DNA of 64,000 bases from a virus. Of this stretch, positions 23,462 through 33,255 are shown piece after piece (the stretch's first letter is position 1; each line of letters starts with the position of its first letter). The position numbers and the translations under genes were made by a program. The stretch covers positions 1 to 64,000 of the IMG/VR virus record IMGVR_UViG_3300036846_000555; one strand, given 5' to 3'. A model generated the notes under the pieces. The model was not told the origin of the DNA, did not search any database, and saw only the letters and a program-made list of their open reading frames with translations.

Positions 23462-25330
23462 TTGACCACCACCCTGCAAGCCGTTTACGAGCGCCAGCAG
23501 GCTGCCGACAACGCGCGCTGGGACGTCCACGAGACCTACGAGCGCGTGTACTGGGAGCTGGACGCCCGGGCGCGCGAGCGCGTCAACGTGTACGAGCATC
23601 CCGACGTCGTCGCTGCCCAGCGGGTCGCCGACAAGCTGACCGCCGAGGTCGCCGCGCTCCGCGAGGAGGTCGGCGGGCGCGTGTTCCGCGTCGTCGACTC
23701 AAAGCTCGACGAGCTGCGCGCCCGCATCGAGAAGCTGAACAAGAAGGCCGCCAAGTACGAGACCGAGCCCGTCACGCTGATCGTCTCCGACGAGCACCAC
23801 CAGGACGTCATCCGCGAGGCCCGCCATGCCGCGGACGCGGTCGAGGCCTCCCTGGAGGCCGTCGAGGGCACCCGCCACTACACCGAGCGGATCGTCGACT
23901 ACACGTTCGTGGTGGTCGACGGGCCCAGCGCGGTGATCGAGGGCTGGGTGTTCGTGGCCACGCTGGACCACGACGCCGACCAGGGCGCCGATGAGAGCGT
24001 CGGCATCCGCCGGGCGCCCGTGGGCACCAACCTCGCCAACCGGATCGGCACCGACGCCGCCGCGGCGGTCGAGGCGGTCGACCTGACGAGCTACCGCCAC
24101 GCCAGCAATGACTGCGACCACTGCGGCTTCAAGCGCCGCCGGAACCAGACCTACGTGCTCTACGAGCTGGCCACCGGCGAGCTGCGCCAGATCGGCTCGA
24201 CGTGTCTGAAGGACTACACGGGCGCCAGCTCCGCTGAGCGGGCCGCGTCCTGGGCCGAGTGGCTGCAGGCGCTGTACAGCGACCTCGGCGGCGGCGGCAA
24301 CTACGAGGATGAGGGCCCCGGCGGCGGACGGATCGCCTACCGGACCGACGACTTCCTGGCCAACGTCGCCGCGGTCACCCGCGAGAACGGCTGGCAGTCA
24401 CGCTGGAGCAAGGACGGCTACGGCGGCTTTGAGCGCAACCACAACGCCACGGCCGACCAGGCGCTGGCCAACATGACCGCCCGCAAGCCTGACATCAAGG
24501 TCACCACCGAGGACCGCGAGGAGGCTCGGATCGCGCTGGAGTGGGTCCGCGACGACCTGGCCGAGCGCGACGAGCTGGACGAGTTCCAGCACAACCTCGC
24601 GACCTACTGCCGCGCGGACTACCTGCCCGCCAAGGGCGACGGATTCGTGGCCTACGCCATCGAGGCGCGCAAGCGCGAGATCGGCGACCGGCTGGAGTAC
24701 GAGCGCAAGCAGCGGGTCGCGGTCGAGTCCGAGTGGATCGGCGAGGTGAAAGAGCGGCTGAAGGGCCTGACCTTCACCGTCACGTTCACCAAGACGATCG
24801 ACGGGAACTACGGCGCCAAGCAGCTCACCAAGGGCCACGACGAGAACGGGAACCTGCTGATCTGGTGGGCGTCCGGCGGGACCTGGCTCGACCAGGGCCA
24901 CACGTACGAGCTGACCGCCACGGTCAAGGCTCACGACCGCGACAGCTACCAGAACGACGCGAAGGTGACCGAGATCACCCGGGTCCACGGCCCCTCCGTC
25001 ACCGACATCACCGTGTGCGACGACTGCGGCGAGCGGCTGCAGCCCGACCCCGAGAAGGCTGGCAGCAGTAAGGCCGAGATCTGCGCCTGCACCATCAAGG
25101 CGCGTGAGGAGGCCGCCGCCGAGGAGGCCGCGGCGGCGGCGGCCTTCGACGCCGAGCACGCTGAGCTGCGCGCGGTCTATGACCGGGTCCGCGAGAACCC
25201 CGAGAGCACCTGGCGGTACCTCCCCTTTGAGAGCTTCGTCCGGACGGCCGGGAACGACCCGGAGCTGGTCGAAGCGCTCGTCAAGAGCCTGGACGAGAAG
25301 GCAGCAGCAACGACCGAGGAGACACGATGA
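23462..25330 (+). CDS. Large phage protein with a Zn site (CDHC...GSTC) and a C-terminal OB-fold-like domain
   Basis: TTG start after the RBS; SEWIGEVKER...TVTF...GNYG...DENGNLLIWWAS...LTATVKAH pattern. Confidence 0.85.
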   Translation: MTTTLQAVYERQQAADNARWDVHETYERVYWELDARARERVNVYEHPDVVAAQRVADKLTAEVAALREEVGGRVFRVVDSKLDELRARIEKLNKKAAKYETEPVTLIVSDEHHQDVIREARHAADAVEASLEAVEGTRHYTERIVDYTFVVVDGPSAVIEGWVFVATLDHDADQGADESVGIRRAPVGTNLANRIGTDAAAAVEAVDLTSYRHASNDCDHCGFKRRRNQTYVLYELATGELRQIGSTCLKDYTGASSAERAASWAEWLQALYSDLGGGGNYEDEGPGGGRIAYRTDDFLANVAAVTRENGWQSRWSKDGYGGFERNHNATADQALANMTARKPDIKVTTEDREEARIALEWVRDDLAERDELDEFQHNLATYCRADYLPAKGDGFVAYAIEARKREIGDRLEYERKQRVAVESEWIGEVKERLKGLTFTVTFTKTIDGNYGAKQLTKGHDENGNLLIWWASGGTWLDQGHTYELTATVKAHDRDSYQNDAKVTEITRVHGPSVTDITVCDDCGERLQPDPEKAGSSKAEICACTIKAREEAAAEEAAAAAAFDAEHAELRAVYDRVRENPESTWRYLPFESFVRTAGNDPELVEALVKSLDEKAAATTEETR

Positions 25331-25557
25331 CCACGACCGAGACCGTCACGGTCGGCCGGATCACCTACGAGGTGACCGCCACCAGCGACGAGCACACGCC
25401 GTACGAGCTGCGCGGACCGCGCGGCGCGCACTACGGGCTGATGCGCAACGTGCCCAACCCGCACCTGCTCTTCATGTTCAACCTGCGGGGATTCACCCGC
25501 GGCACCCCCGACGCCTGGTTCACCGACCGGAGCGGGACCCTGGAGCTACTGCGATGA
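25327..25557 (+). CDS. Hypothetical protein
   Basis: ATGA coupling; YELRGPRGAHYGLMRN. Confidence 0.7.
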   Translation: MTTTETVTVGRITYEVTATSDEHTPYELRGPRGAHYGLMRNVPNPHLLFMFNLRGFTRGTPDAWFTDRSGTLELLR

Positions 25558-25781
25558 CCGAACCGTTCACGATCGGACCCGACTACCTCAATGAGGCCCT
25601 GGAGGCCGCCGAGGTGAAGGGCATCACGATGACCAAGAACTGGCGCGGGCAGCTCAAGCTCGACACCGAGATGTCGTCGACCGAGGCGATCAACGTCCTC
25701 GTCAGCGGCCTGGCCCGGCTGTATGCCAAGCTGATGCGCGCCCGCAACGAGCTGGCCCGCCAGCAAGAGCACGCATCATGA
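25554..25781 (+). CDS. Hypothetical protein
   Basis: ATGA coupling. Confidence 0.7.
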   Translation: MTEPFTIGPDYLNEALEAAEVKGITMTKNWRGQLKLDTEMSSTEAINVLVSGLARLYAKLMRARNELARQQEHAS

Positions 25782-26056
25782 GCGCCGCGCGGGAGTACTG
25801 GCTAGAGCAGCAGGAGGCCGCCCCGAAGGTGACCATCCTGCGCGAGGGCACCCTGCGCGTCGTGCGCAAGCCGCGGCGGCTGTCCTGCGGCGGGCACGCC
25901 GAGCCGGGCTGGAGCATCCGCCAGACCGTCGGCTTGGTCGACGGCGAGTTCTTCAGCGACGAGATCTGCCAGGTCTGCGAGTACGACCAGCACGGCGCCG
26001 AGCCCGGGCCCGACTGGCCCAAGCACGGCAACGTCCCGGCTACCCCGCGCAGATAG
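25778..26056 (+). CDS. Hypothetical protein with Cys pairs
   Basis: LSCGGH...ICQVC. Confidence 0.65.
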   Translation: MSAAREYWLEQQEAAPKVTILREGTLRVVRKPRRLSCGGHAEPGWSIRQTVGLVDGEFFSDEICQVCEYDQHGAEPGPDWPKHGNVPATPRR

Positions 26057-26999
26057 CGAACACGGTTAGCTGCCACTGCGTCCCGTTCGGGAAGCCGTTC
26101 TCACCGGCCTGAACATGCCAGGCGTTGCCGTCAGGCTCGTCGGTGAACGCGACCAGCTCAGGCGTCGCGGGCATGACGTGGTAGCCGCCTGAGAGCAGCG
26201 TCGTCCCGGCTGGACAGGGCGTGATCACGTCCTTGGTCTGCCCGGCGCTGTTCGGACTGGCGTTGGAGACGAGCTGCGTGGTGGCGGTGCCGGATGAGCC
26301 CGGCGGCCCCTGTGGTCCGGCCGGACCGGCCGGTCCTGTCGCGCCGATCGGCCCGGGATCTCCCTGGGAGCCCTTGGCGCCCGCTGGCCCGGTTGCGCCT
26401 GGGGGTCCGACGCACGACGGGTCGCTGGGGGCGCACGCGGCCCCTTGCGGCCCCTTGGGTCCGTCCGCGCCGGTGGCGCCTGCTGCGCCGGTCGCGCCTG
26501 CTGTTCCGTCGAGGCCATTCGCGCCGGGTGCGCCAACGTCGCCCGCCGGTCCGGCGGTTCCGGCTGGCCCCGCAGCGCCTGCGGCTCCGGCCGAGCCCGT
26601 GTCGCCCTTGACGCCCTTCGGTCCCTTCGGACCGGGCGCCGCGGCGGCGGTGGCGACGGCCGACCCCGGTGCGCCCGGCAGGCCGGGAGCGCCGTCCTTG
26701 CCGTTGGCGCCGGGCACGCCGGGGAGGCCTTGCTTGCCCATCATGTAGAGCAGGATGTTGTTGCTCTTGCCGTTCGCGCGCCCGGCGCTGTTGTGCGCGT
26801 TGTCGGCGACGAGCTGCGCGGTGTGCGACTGGTGGCGGGCGACGTGCTGGGCGAGCAGCAGCGCGATGGAGGTCAGGATCGCGAGCAGGAACAGCGCGAG
26901 CCACGTCCCGAGGAACCGCTTGCGCGAGTAGCCGAGCACGCGCTTGTTCGAATCGGCAAGCTGCTGCACGGGGTCGGGCGGAGGATCAGGCACTGCCAT
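26040..26999 (-). CDS. Membrane-anchored collagen-like protein with a C-terminal Cys-containing beta domain
   Basis: ATG 26999 after AAGGAG; N-terminal TM helix, about 180 aa of Gly-X-Y, then TPCPAGTTLLSGGY...VFAICAG. Confidence 0.85.
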   Translation of the reverse strand: MAVPDPPPDPVQQLADSNKRVLGYSRKRFLGTWLALFLLAILTSIALLLAQHVARHQSHTAQLVADNAHNSAGRANGKSNNILLYMMGKQGLPGVPGANGKDGAPGLPGAPGSAVATAAAAPGPKGPKGVKGDTGSAGAAGAAGPAGTAGPAGDVGAPGANGLDGTAGATGAAGATGADGPKGPQGAACAPSDPSCVGPPGATGPAGAKGSQGDPGPIGATGPAGPAGPQGPPGSSGTATTQLVSNASPNSAGQTKDVITPCPAGTTLLSGGYHVMPATPELVAFTDEPDGNAWHVQAGENGFPNGTQWQLTVFAICAG

Positions 27000-27294
27000 C
27001 GTCGGTCTCCTTCGGGTCGATTCTGCGCATCTTGCCTCCAAGCTCGGCCTGCGTCTCGGCTAGCTGGCGGCGCGCCTCACGCAGCTCGCCGGTGAGTTCG
27101 GCGTTGCGCGCGCGCTCCTCGTCGCGCTGCACGCGCAGTTCGGCGTTCAGCGTGGTCATCTCCTTGACGATCGTGTCCTGCTGGGCGAGGACGGCGGTGG
27201 TGTCGTCGCGTCGCCAGCGCAGCGCGGTGAAGATCAGTCCGGCGACGCCAGCGACGCCGATGGCGAGCGAGACGAGCTGCGGGATGTCGACCAC
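26986..27294 (-). CDS. TM plus coiled-coil protein (holin/lysis-cassette-like)
   Basis: GTG start; IPQLVSLAIGVAGVAGLIFTALRW followed by a long coiled coil. Confidence 0.7.
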   Translation of the reverse strand: MVDIPQLVSLAIGVAGVAGLIFTALRWRRDDTTAVLAQQDTIVKEMTTLNAELRVQRDEERARNAELTGELREARRQLAETQAELGGKMRRIDPKETDDGSA

Positions 27295-27336
27295 ACCCCG
27301 AGTTGTAAGCCCGGATCCGGAGGTAGGCTCACCGGA

Positions 27337-27510
27337 GTGTCCGATCTCTTGCCGCCGCTGTACGCCGACGTCGAGACGCCCCGCACGTACGCCGACGTCG
27401 AGGATCCGCACGCCTACGCCGACGCCGCCAACCCGCGCGCGTACGCCGACGTCCAGGATCCGACCGCCACGGTCGACGTGATCAATCCCGAGGTACTGGT
27501 CGAAAGCTAA
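27337..27510 (+). CDS. 57-aa microprotein made of 9-aa YADVxxPxx repeats
   Basis: Not in the ORF track. MSDLLPPLYADVETPRTYADVEDPHAYADAANPRAYADVQDPTATVDVINPEVLVES; 27-bp tandem repeat. Confidence 0.65.
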   Translation: MSDLLPPLYADVETPRTYADVEDPHAYADAANPRAYADVQDPTATVDVINPEVLVES

Positions 27511-27547
27511 CTGCGGCCCGGCGCACCGCGGCTCTTACGATGCCGTC

Positions 27548-28252
27548 ATGGCGCTCCTCACTGGCCCGTGGAAGATCAAGCGCGGCGCCACCTCCCCGCC
27601 GTATCAGGTGACGCTGCGTAACGCTGACAAGAGCCCGGTCGACCTGAGCCTCGCCGATCACGTGAACTTCGTCATGTGCCTGCGCGGCGAGACCGAGCTG
27701 CCGACCGTCGACGCGCTGGCAGCCACGCTCCAGGAGGGCGACGCGGACACCGGCACGGACGTCGGCATGTGCGAGTACGACTGGGCGCAGGGCGACACGG
27801 ATGCGATCGGGATCTACGACGTCGAGTTCGCGCTCTACGACGCCACCGGCAACGTGTACGCGCGGATCCCGAACGACGGCTACCTGGAGCTGCAGGTGCT
27901 CGGGAACCTGTCGGCGCCGGAGGTCGAGGAGATCGGCCTGCCGGTCACCTACGACCTCCGCATCTACCACGGCGACACGTGGGCGCAGGCGTTCCGGCTG
28001 CTTCAGCAGGGCGCTCCGGTCGACCTGACCGGCTCGACGGTCGAGTCGTCTGCCGAGGACACGAACAACGTCACGACAGCGCTGACGGTCACGATCCTCG
28101 ACGCTGTCGACGGGCGGCTGCAGATCTCCGCGCCCGCGGGCACGCTCGCGGTCGGCGACTACGACTACGACGTGCAGGTGACCGACGCCAGCAGCGACGT
28201 CACCACCTGGATCAAGGGTCAGCTCATCGTTGATCCGGACGTGACCCCGTGA
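27548..28252 (+). CDS. Tandem BppU-like Ig domains (receptor-binding or baseplate upper protein type)
   Basis: [12 protein letters not shown]......VDLS...V.F...G...YDW..GDT...G.Y..EF, and a second copy YHGDTW...VDLTG...DG.L.I...GDYDYDVQV. Confidence 0.7.
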   Translation: MALLTGPWKIKRGATSPPYQVTLRNADKSPVDLSLADHVNFVMCLRGETELPTVDALAATLQEGDADTGTDVGMCEYDWAQGDTDAIGIYDVEFALYDATGNVYARIPNDGYLELQVLGNLSAPEVEEIGLPVTYDLRIYHGDTWAQAFRLLQQGAPVDLTGSTVESSAEDTNNVTTALTVTILDAVDGRLQISAPAGTLAVGDYDYDVQVTDASSDVTTWIKGQLIVDPDVTP

Positions 28253-28569
28253 GCACCGGCAGCGTCGAGATCATCGGATTCGACGCGACGGTCGAGATCA
28301 CCCCGCCCGCAACCGCGGCGGTGGAGGTCGTCGCTTCTGCTGGCCCGGAGGGCCCGGAGGGCCCCGCCGGTCCGGAGGGCTCGGTTGGGCCGGTAGGACC
28401 GCAGGGGCCGCCGGGGCCGACAGGGGCGCCGGGGCCAGCGGGGCCGACGGGGCCAGCGGGGCCGACGGGGGCGACGGGGCCACCCGGCCCGTGGACGCAG
28501 ATCACGCAAGCCGCGTACGACGCGCTCGCGCCGCCGGACCCGAACACGCTGTATGTGATCGTCGGATGA
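28249..28569 (+). CDS. Short collagen-containing fibre protein
   Basis: GPE/GPA repeats ending in [21 protein letters not shown], a common phage fibre cap motif. Confidence 0.8.
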   Translation: MSTGSVEIIGFDATVEITPPATAAVEVVASAGPEGPEGPAGPEGSVGPVGPQGPPGPTGAPGPAGPTGPAGPTGATGPPGPWTQITQAAYDALAPPDPNTLYVIVG

Positions 28570-29996
28570 CCGAGCTGAACACCGCCGGTGCCGTCTATTT
28601 GGGCGCGGCCAGGGCGAGTGCGGTCTACGTCGGAGCGAACCAGGCATGGCCCCAGCTCCCGGCCAGGCTCCCGGGGCTGCTGTTCTGGCTCGACGCGTCG
28701 AAGCTGCCCGGCGCCATCGGCAGCGCCGTCAGCACGTGGCCGGACCTCAGCGGCAACAGACACGACTGCACGGCCATCGGGGCACCGCCGACGCTGCAGG
28801 CGTCGCCGAACGGCCTGCCGTGGGTCCAGTTCAACGGTGCTGGTCTGACAGCGGCGGGACTCGCTGCCGCGCTGTCGGATCGAGCGGAGCTTGGCTACGC
28901 GCTCATGCTGTGGCCGACCGCGTTCAACAACTCGATCGTGATCGAGGCGCCTTCGACGAACGTCTGGGATCTGATGGTCCTGTACGGCGGCGGCGGCGCG
29001 GTCTACGTCGGCACCAAGCAGCCGTCCTACCGGCTGCTGACGCCTCCCGCGCCCGGCGTCCTGGACGACTGGAACCTCGTGACGATCGACATGGCAACGG
29101 ACACGCGGCTGTGGCTCAACGCTGTGGAGGTGACGACCTACTCGGACGGCGGCGGTGGTGTTGCGCTGCCGACGATCTCGCTGGGCACCGACGCGGTGGT
29201 CGGCCAGTACTACAACGGGAACTTCCCGTGGCTGGGGCAGATGGCGGAGATCTGCGTCTACGACCATGCGCTGGCCGACACCGACCGCCAGGCGCTTGAG
29301 CGCTACCTGCACGCGAAGTGGCTGAAGAACCTGGCAGCGATACCGGGGCTGCTGTGGTGGCTCGACGCATCCCAGCTCGCGCTCTCCTCGGGCGCAGACG
29401 TTACGACATGGCCCGACCGGGGACCGAGCCACTACGACGCGACCGCGACCGAGACGCCACCGACGTTCGTCCCCGGCGCGGTGCGCTTCGCGGCGTCGTC
29501 TAACCGGATGCGAGTCGCGGGCCTGGGCACGGCAATGAGCGGACGGTCGGACTACAGCATCGTCTGCCGCTTCAACTCGGCCGATGTCAGCAACTGGCCG
29601 GTCTTCTTCACGTCGCCGTATGACGCGCTCTGGCAGTGGATGCTTGAGCTTGACGCGAGCACCTCCGGCATCTACGTCGGCTCGGGGAATGGGCGCTTCC
29701 GCCTGTTCAACGGCGTGCCGGTGCAGACGAACGCGTGGTCGGTTATGTCCGTCACCGTCACGAACGGCCTGCCGCGCCTGTGGTTGAACGGCGCCGAGGT
29801 CACGAGCTATCAGCTCGGACCCAACGGCGACTGTCTGCCATCCATCTCCGAGATCACTGCCGATGTGCTGCTGTGCGGGTACTACGCCGGTCCCAGCTAC
29901 TCGTTCACCGGCGACATCGCGCACCTCGCGCTGTACGACCACGCGCTGACCGACGCCGAGCGGCAGACCGCCGAGACGTACCTGAACATCGGCTAG
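28566..29996 (+). CDS. Two LamG/concanavalin-like lectin domains
   Basis: Duplicated PGLL(F/W)WLDAS...V..WPD..G...A......P ... G..AE...YDHAL.D.ERQ..E.YL. Confidence 0.8.
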   Translation: MTELNTAGAVYLGAARASAVYVGANQAWPQLPARLPGLLFWLDASKLPGAIGSAVSTWPDLSGNRHDCTAIGAPPTLQASPNGLPWVQFNGAGLTAAGLAAALSDRAELGYALMLWPTAFNNSIVIEAPSTNVWDLMVLYGGGGAVYVGTKQPSYRLLTPPAPGVLDDWNLVTIDMATDTRLWLNAVEVTTYSDGGGGVALPTISLGTDAVVGQYYNGNFPWLGQMAEICVYDHALADTDRQALERYLHAKWLKNLAAIPGLLWWLDASQLALSSGADVTTWPDRGPSHYDATATETPPTFVPGAVRFAASSNRMRVAGLGTAMSGRSDYSIVCRFNSADVSNWPVFFTSPYDALWQWMLELDASTSGIYVGSGNGRFRLFNGVPVQTNAWSVMSVTVTNGLPRLWLNGAEVTSYQLGPNGDCLPSISEITADVLLCGYYAGPSYSFTGDIAHLALYDHALTDAERQTAETYLNIG

Positions 29997-29998
29997 TC

Positions 29999-30065
29999 GA
30001 AGCGCACATCTTGTGCTACAATGTAGGTGCGGGCCGGAGAGCCCGCCCCCCCCGACCGAGGAGGC
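29999..30065 (+). promoter_or_regulatory. Promoter/operator element with hairpin and extended RBS
   Basis: GAAGCGCAC-ATC-TTGTGC-TACAAT-GTAGGT-gcgggc-cggaga-gcccgc ... CCGACCGAGGAGG. Confidence 0.85.
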
Positions 30066-30070
30066 ACAGG

Positions 30071-30217
30071 ATGGTGAAGGTGAAGATCACGTTCGCCAGC
30101 GGCGCGAGCCGGTCCGCCAAAGGCAAGACCGCTGAGGCGGCTGTCGCCAGGCTGAAGAAGTACGTGGGCTCGCTGGGCGCCATCACCGCGGTCGACGTGA
30201 AAGGAGCAGCAGCGTGA
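30071..30217 (+). CDS. Basic microprotein (48 aa)
   Basis: ATG after the cassette RBS; [30 protein letters not shown]. Confidence 0.65.
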   Translation: MVKVKITFASGASRSAKGKTAEAAVARLKKYVGSLGAITAVDVKGAAA

Positions 30218-30756
30218 GCAAGATTCAAGCGGGCGACCGGGTGATCACGCGCGACAATGCGCTGGCCAAGGTCGTCTACACCTGGCGCGAGGAGGGCGTC
30301 GAGTTCGCCGCCATCGCGTACGAGGACCGGCGCAAGCTCGGCCTCGGAGCACTGAACCCGGAGGCTGGGCTGGACGAGCACCGGGTCAAGACGGGCAAGG
30401 TCGTCCGGTCGGGCGGCGACTACTACAACCCCGAGGACTGGGTGCCCGAGCAGGGGCTGCGGCGTGCTACGCCGCACAACCTGCGCCGCGCAGGGCTGGA
30501 CGCGACCGAGCCGACCGAGGCGCCGACCGAGGCGCCGAAGGAGACCTGCCAGTGGCTGATCCAGGTCGCCAGCGATAACCCCGAGCCGGACTTCCCCGAG
30601 GATCTCTGGCGGACGATCGAGTGCGGCGCGGAGCTGACCGTCAACGAGTACGGCTCCTGGCGCTGCGCCGCCGGTCACGAACACGTGACCTTTGACGATC
30701 CCGCCCGCGGCGCCTACGACGCCGAGCAGGCGTTCATCGAGCGGCAGGAGGGCTGA
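30214..30756 (+). CDS. Hypothetical protein (SH3-like N-terminus, Zn-ribbon C-terminus)
   Basis: IQAGDRVITR...; TCQW...ECGA...WRCAAGHEH. Confidence 0.7.
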   Translation: MSKIQAGDRVITRDNALAKVVYTWREEGVEFAAIAYEDRRKLGLGALNPEAGLDEHRVKTGKVVRSGGDYYNPEDWVPEQGLRRATPHNLRRAGLDATEPTEAPTEAPKETCQWLIQVASDNPEPDFPEDLWRTIECGAELTVNEYGSWRCAAGHEHVTFDDPARGAYDAEQAFIERQEG

Positions 30757-30800
30757 GGAGGTGGCCGCCCCCGAGCGGCCACAAAGCCCCCCGGCGGTGC

Positions 30801-31502
30801 TTAGAACGTCGTCGCGGTCCCGAAGACGATGCACGCGTTCGACAGCCCGTTGGGGCCGTCGGCGAGATCGACTGCGGCGATCGAGATCGACGTGTCCTTG
30901 CCAGCGTTGCTGACGTAGTGAACCTCGACGTCGGCGCGGCTCGATGCCGAGCTGAGCGGCGAGAGCAGCACGCGCGCCGTGGTGTTGGCGGTCCCGAACC
31001 GGGGCACGATGGCGAAGTTGGTGCCATCACGCTCGGTCAGGATGCCCGGCGCCACGTTGGTGGCCACGGCGGTCAGGGTCAGACGGCCGAATGCGTCGCA
31101 GGCCGCGTTGAGCTTGACGCCGTCCAGGTCGGAGACGTCCGTGTTGGGCGTGTTCGTGTCGCCCTTGAACGTGAACTCCGTGGCGTTGTTGCCGCCACCG
31201 GGCCCGGGAGGACCGGCGACGCCCTGCGGACCCATCGGGCCGGTGTCGCCCTTCGGACCGGCAGGACCGGCCGGACCGAGCGGACCAGCGGGACCAGCAG
31301 GGCCGGGCAGGCCCATCTGACCCATCGGACCGGCAGGACCGGCAGGACCAGCGGGACCACGCGGGCCCCTCGGGCCGCGCGGGCCCACGTGCGAACCGGC
31401 GGCCGTTGCCGGATGCGCGGACGCCACGGCCGCGCCAAACACCATGCACGCTGCCGCGACCACGAGGGACGCGACCAGCAGTGCTCTTACGGAAACCTTC
31501 AT
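30801..31502 (-). CDS. Secreted collagen-like protein
   Basis: AAGGAG RBS, signal peptide (ASA), about 60 aa of Gly-X-Y and a C-terminal beta domain with 2 Cys. Confidence 0.85.
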   Translation of the reverse strand: MKVSVRALLVASLVVAAACMVFGAAVASAHPATAAGSHVGPRGPRGPRGPAGPAGPAGPMGQMGLPGPAGPAGPLGPAGPAGPKGDTGPMGPQGVAGPPGPGGGNNATEFTFKGDTNTPNTDVSDLDGVKLNAACDAFGRLTLTAVATNVAPGILTERDGTNFAIVPRFGTANTTARVLLSPLSSASSRADVEVHYVSNAGKDTSISIAAVDLADGPNGLSNACIVFGTATTF

Positions 31503-31720
31503 GCGCTGTGTTCTCCTTGAGAAGTGATACGGCAGGATGACTTGCTGCCCTACGCACGGATTCCTCGTCTAAGCCCCACCCCCTCGTTGTCGCCCTAGCC
31601 CCGTAACAGGATCGGCTGGTGGGAGTTGCGCTGCTCCGATCCGTTACCGCGCATATCGTCTCATGCGCAGCAGAATCCATCTGAGGGACAGCGCACAGGC
31701 CGCCGTAGTATCGGCTCACC

Positions 31721-33226
31721 ATGGGCGCCACCACGGTCACGGACCCTTCCACGGAGACGCTTGAGCTGCGGGAGGCGATGTACGCGCTCCCGCGCAGCGC
31801 CGTCGAGTTCCCCACCGAGCTGCAGGAAGAGCGCGTCCAGCGGCTCGTCGGCCACGGTCTGAGCCTGGAGGAAGCCACCGCCCGCGAGGAGCAGGAGCGC
31901 TCCAAGCTGCTGCCGCTGCACATCCTGCGCCCGTGCGTCGGCAAGGGCAAGGGCCGCCACATCTACGAGGCCAAGATGCTGGAGGAGAACGCCCACAAGT
32001 TCGCGGGCTGGCGCCAGTACATCGACCACCTCTCCCCCGAGGCGCGCCGCGCGGCAAAGGGTCTGCCGCGCTCGATCCGCGACCTGGGCGGCCGGATCGT
32101 GGAGAGCTACTGGGACGGCAGCGTGCCACCCAGCCCCGACAAGGGGTTCGGCCAGGGCGCCGTCGTCGGCTGGTCGCTCCCGACACCGTTCATTCGCGAG
32201 CTGGCCGAGAACGACCCAGAGCTGGTCGAAGCTTCGATCTCCGCGAATGCCACCGGCGTGCAGCCGACGATGCGTGACGGCCGCCGGGCGTGGCTGGTCG
32301 AAGGCATCGAGGACCGCGGAAGCGTTGACTGGGTGACGGAGGCGGGCGCTGGCGGCCGCGTCGTCGCGTTGATGGAAGCTGCCTACGAGGAGGACGGGAT
32401 GGGACTGCTTGAGTCCATGACCGACGAGGAGTTCATCACCTACGTCGAAGAGGTGCGCCCCCACCTGCTCACCGAGCAGTCCGACGGCGACGCCGAGGAT
32501 GCGGAGGACGGCGGCGACGACGAGCTTGAGGAGATGATCGCGCGGATGATGAAGCGCAACCCCAAGCTGAACCGCAGCCAGGCCGAGGCGCTCGCCAAGA
32601 AGGCGCTCGCTCAGTCAAGTTCATCAGTGGCGGAAGCCGAGACCACAAAGGAGACAGACATGGGTGCGATCACCCCAGAGGCGCTCCAGGAGGCTCTCCA
32701 GAGTGAGGACTCTCGCAGCGCCCTGGAGGCCGTCATCGAGCCGATGGTCGAGCAGCGCGTCAAGGCGCTGGTCGAGTCGGCGGTGGCGAGCGAGCGCGAG
32801 CTGATCCGCGCGGAGGCGCATGCTGACGCGGACCGGCAGCTTGAGCTGCGCGACATGCGCGACGTGGCTCACCGGCAGATCAGCGAGGCGAAGCTTCCCG
32901 GAGCGTTCTCGGACCGCGCGAAGGCGCTGTTTGAGATCACCGACAACGGCCCGACGTCGACGCTGGACGTCGTCGACGACGTCGACGAGGGGGGCGCGGT
33001 CACCAAGAAGGCGGCCGACAAGCTCCAGGAGGCGGTGGATGCCGCCATCCAGGATCAGCGCGAGCTGCTCGCCGCGGCGAACCCGACGACCGTCCGCGGT
33101 CAGGGTCCGGGCGCTCCCGCCAAGCGCGGCGAGGGCGACGAGGAGCCGAAGAAGGGCGAGGGAACGCTCTACGGCGCTCTGCTTCAGGAATCGGGAGTCG
33201 ATCCCGCGACAGCGTGGAACGACTGA
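31721..33226 (+). CDS. Prohead protease and scaffold fusion
   Basis: LHILRPCVG...YIDH...RSIRDLGG...ASISANA...SVDWVTEAGAGG protease part, then an acidic coiled-coil scaffold with many LxE sites. It lies upstream of the capsid gene. Confidence 0.85.
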   Translation: MGATTVTDPSTETLELREAMYALPRSAVEFPTELQEERVQRLVGHGLSLEEATAREEQERSKLLPLHILRPCVGKGKGRHIYEAKMLEENAHKFAGWRQYIDHLSPEARRAAKGLPRSIRDLGGRIVESYWDGSVPPSPDKGFGQGAVVGWSLPTPFIRELAENDPELVEASISANATGVQPTMRDGRRAWLVEGIEDRGSVDWVTEAGAGGRVVALMEAAYEEDGMGLLESMTDEEFITYVEEVRPHLLTEQSDGDAEDAEDGGDDELEEMIARMMKRNPKLNRSQAEALAKKALAQSSSSVAEAETTKETDMGAITPEALQEALQSEDSRSALEAVIEPMVEQRVKALVESAVASERELIRAEAHADADRQLELRDMRDVAHRQISEAKLPGAFSDRAKALFEITDNGPTSTLDVVDDVDEGGAVTKKAADKLQEAVDAAIQDQRELLAAANPTTVRGQGPGAPAKRGEGDEEPKKGEGTLYGALLQESGVDPATAWND

Positions 33227-33255
33227 GGCCATCGGTAGGCAGAAAGGAGTGACTC

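Noticed and set aside
27361-27470. CRISPR-like array of short repeats
   Set aside because: The units are 27-bp tandem, in-frame codon repeats with no unique spacers and no cas genes; they encode a microprotein.
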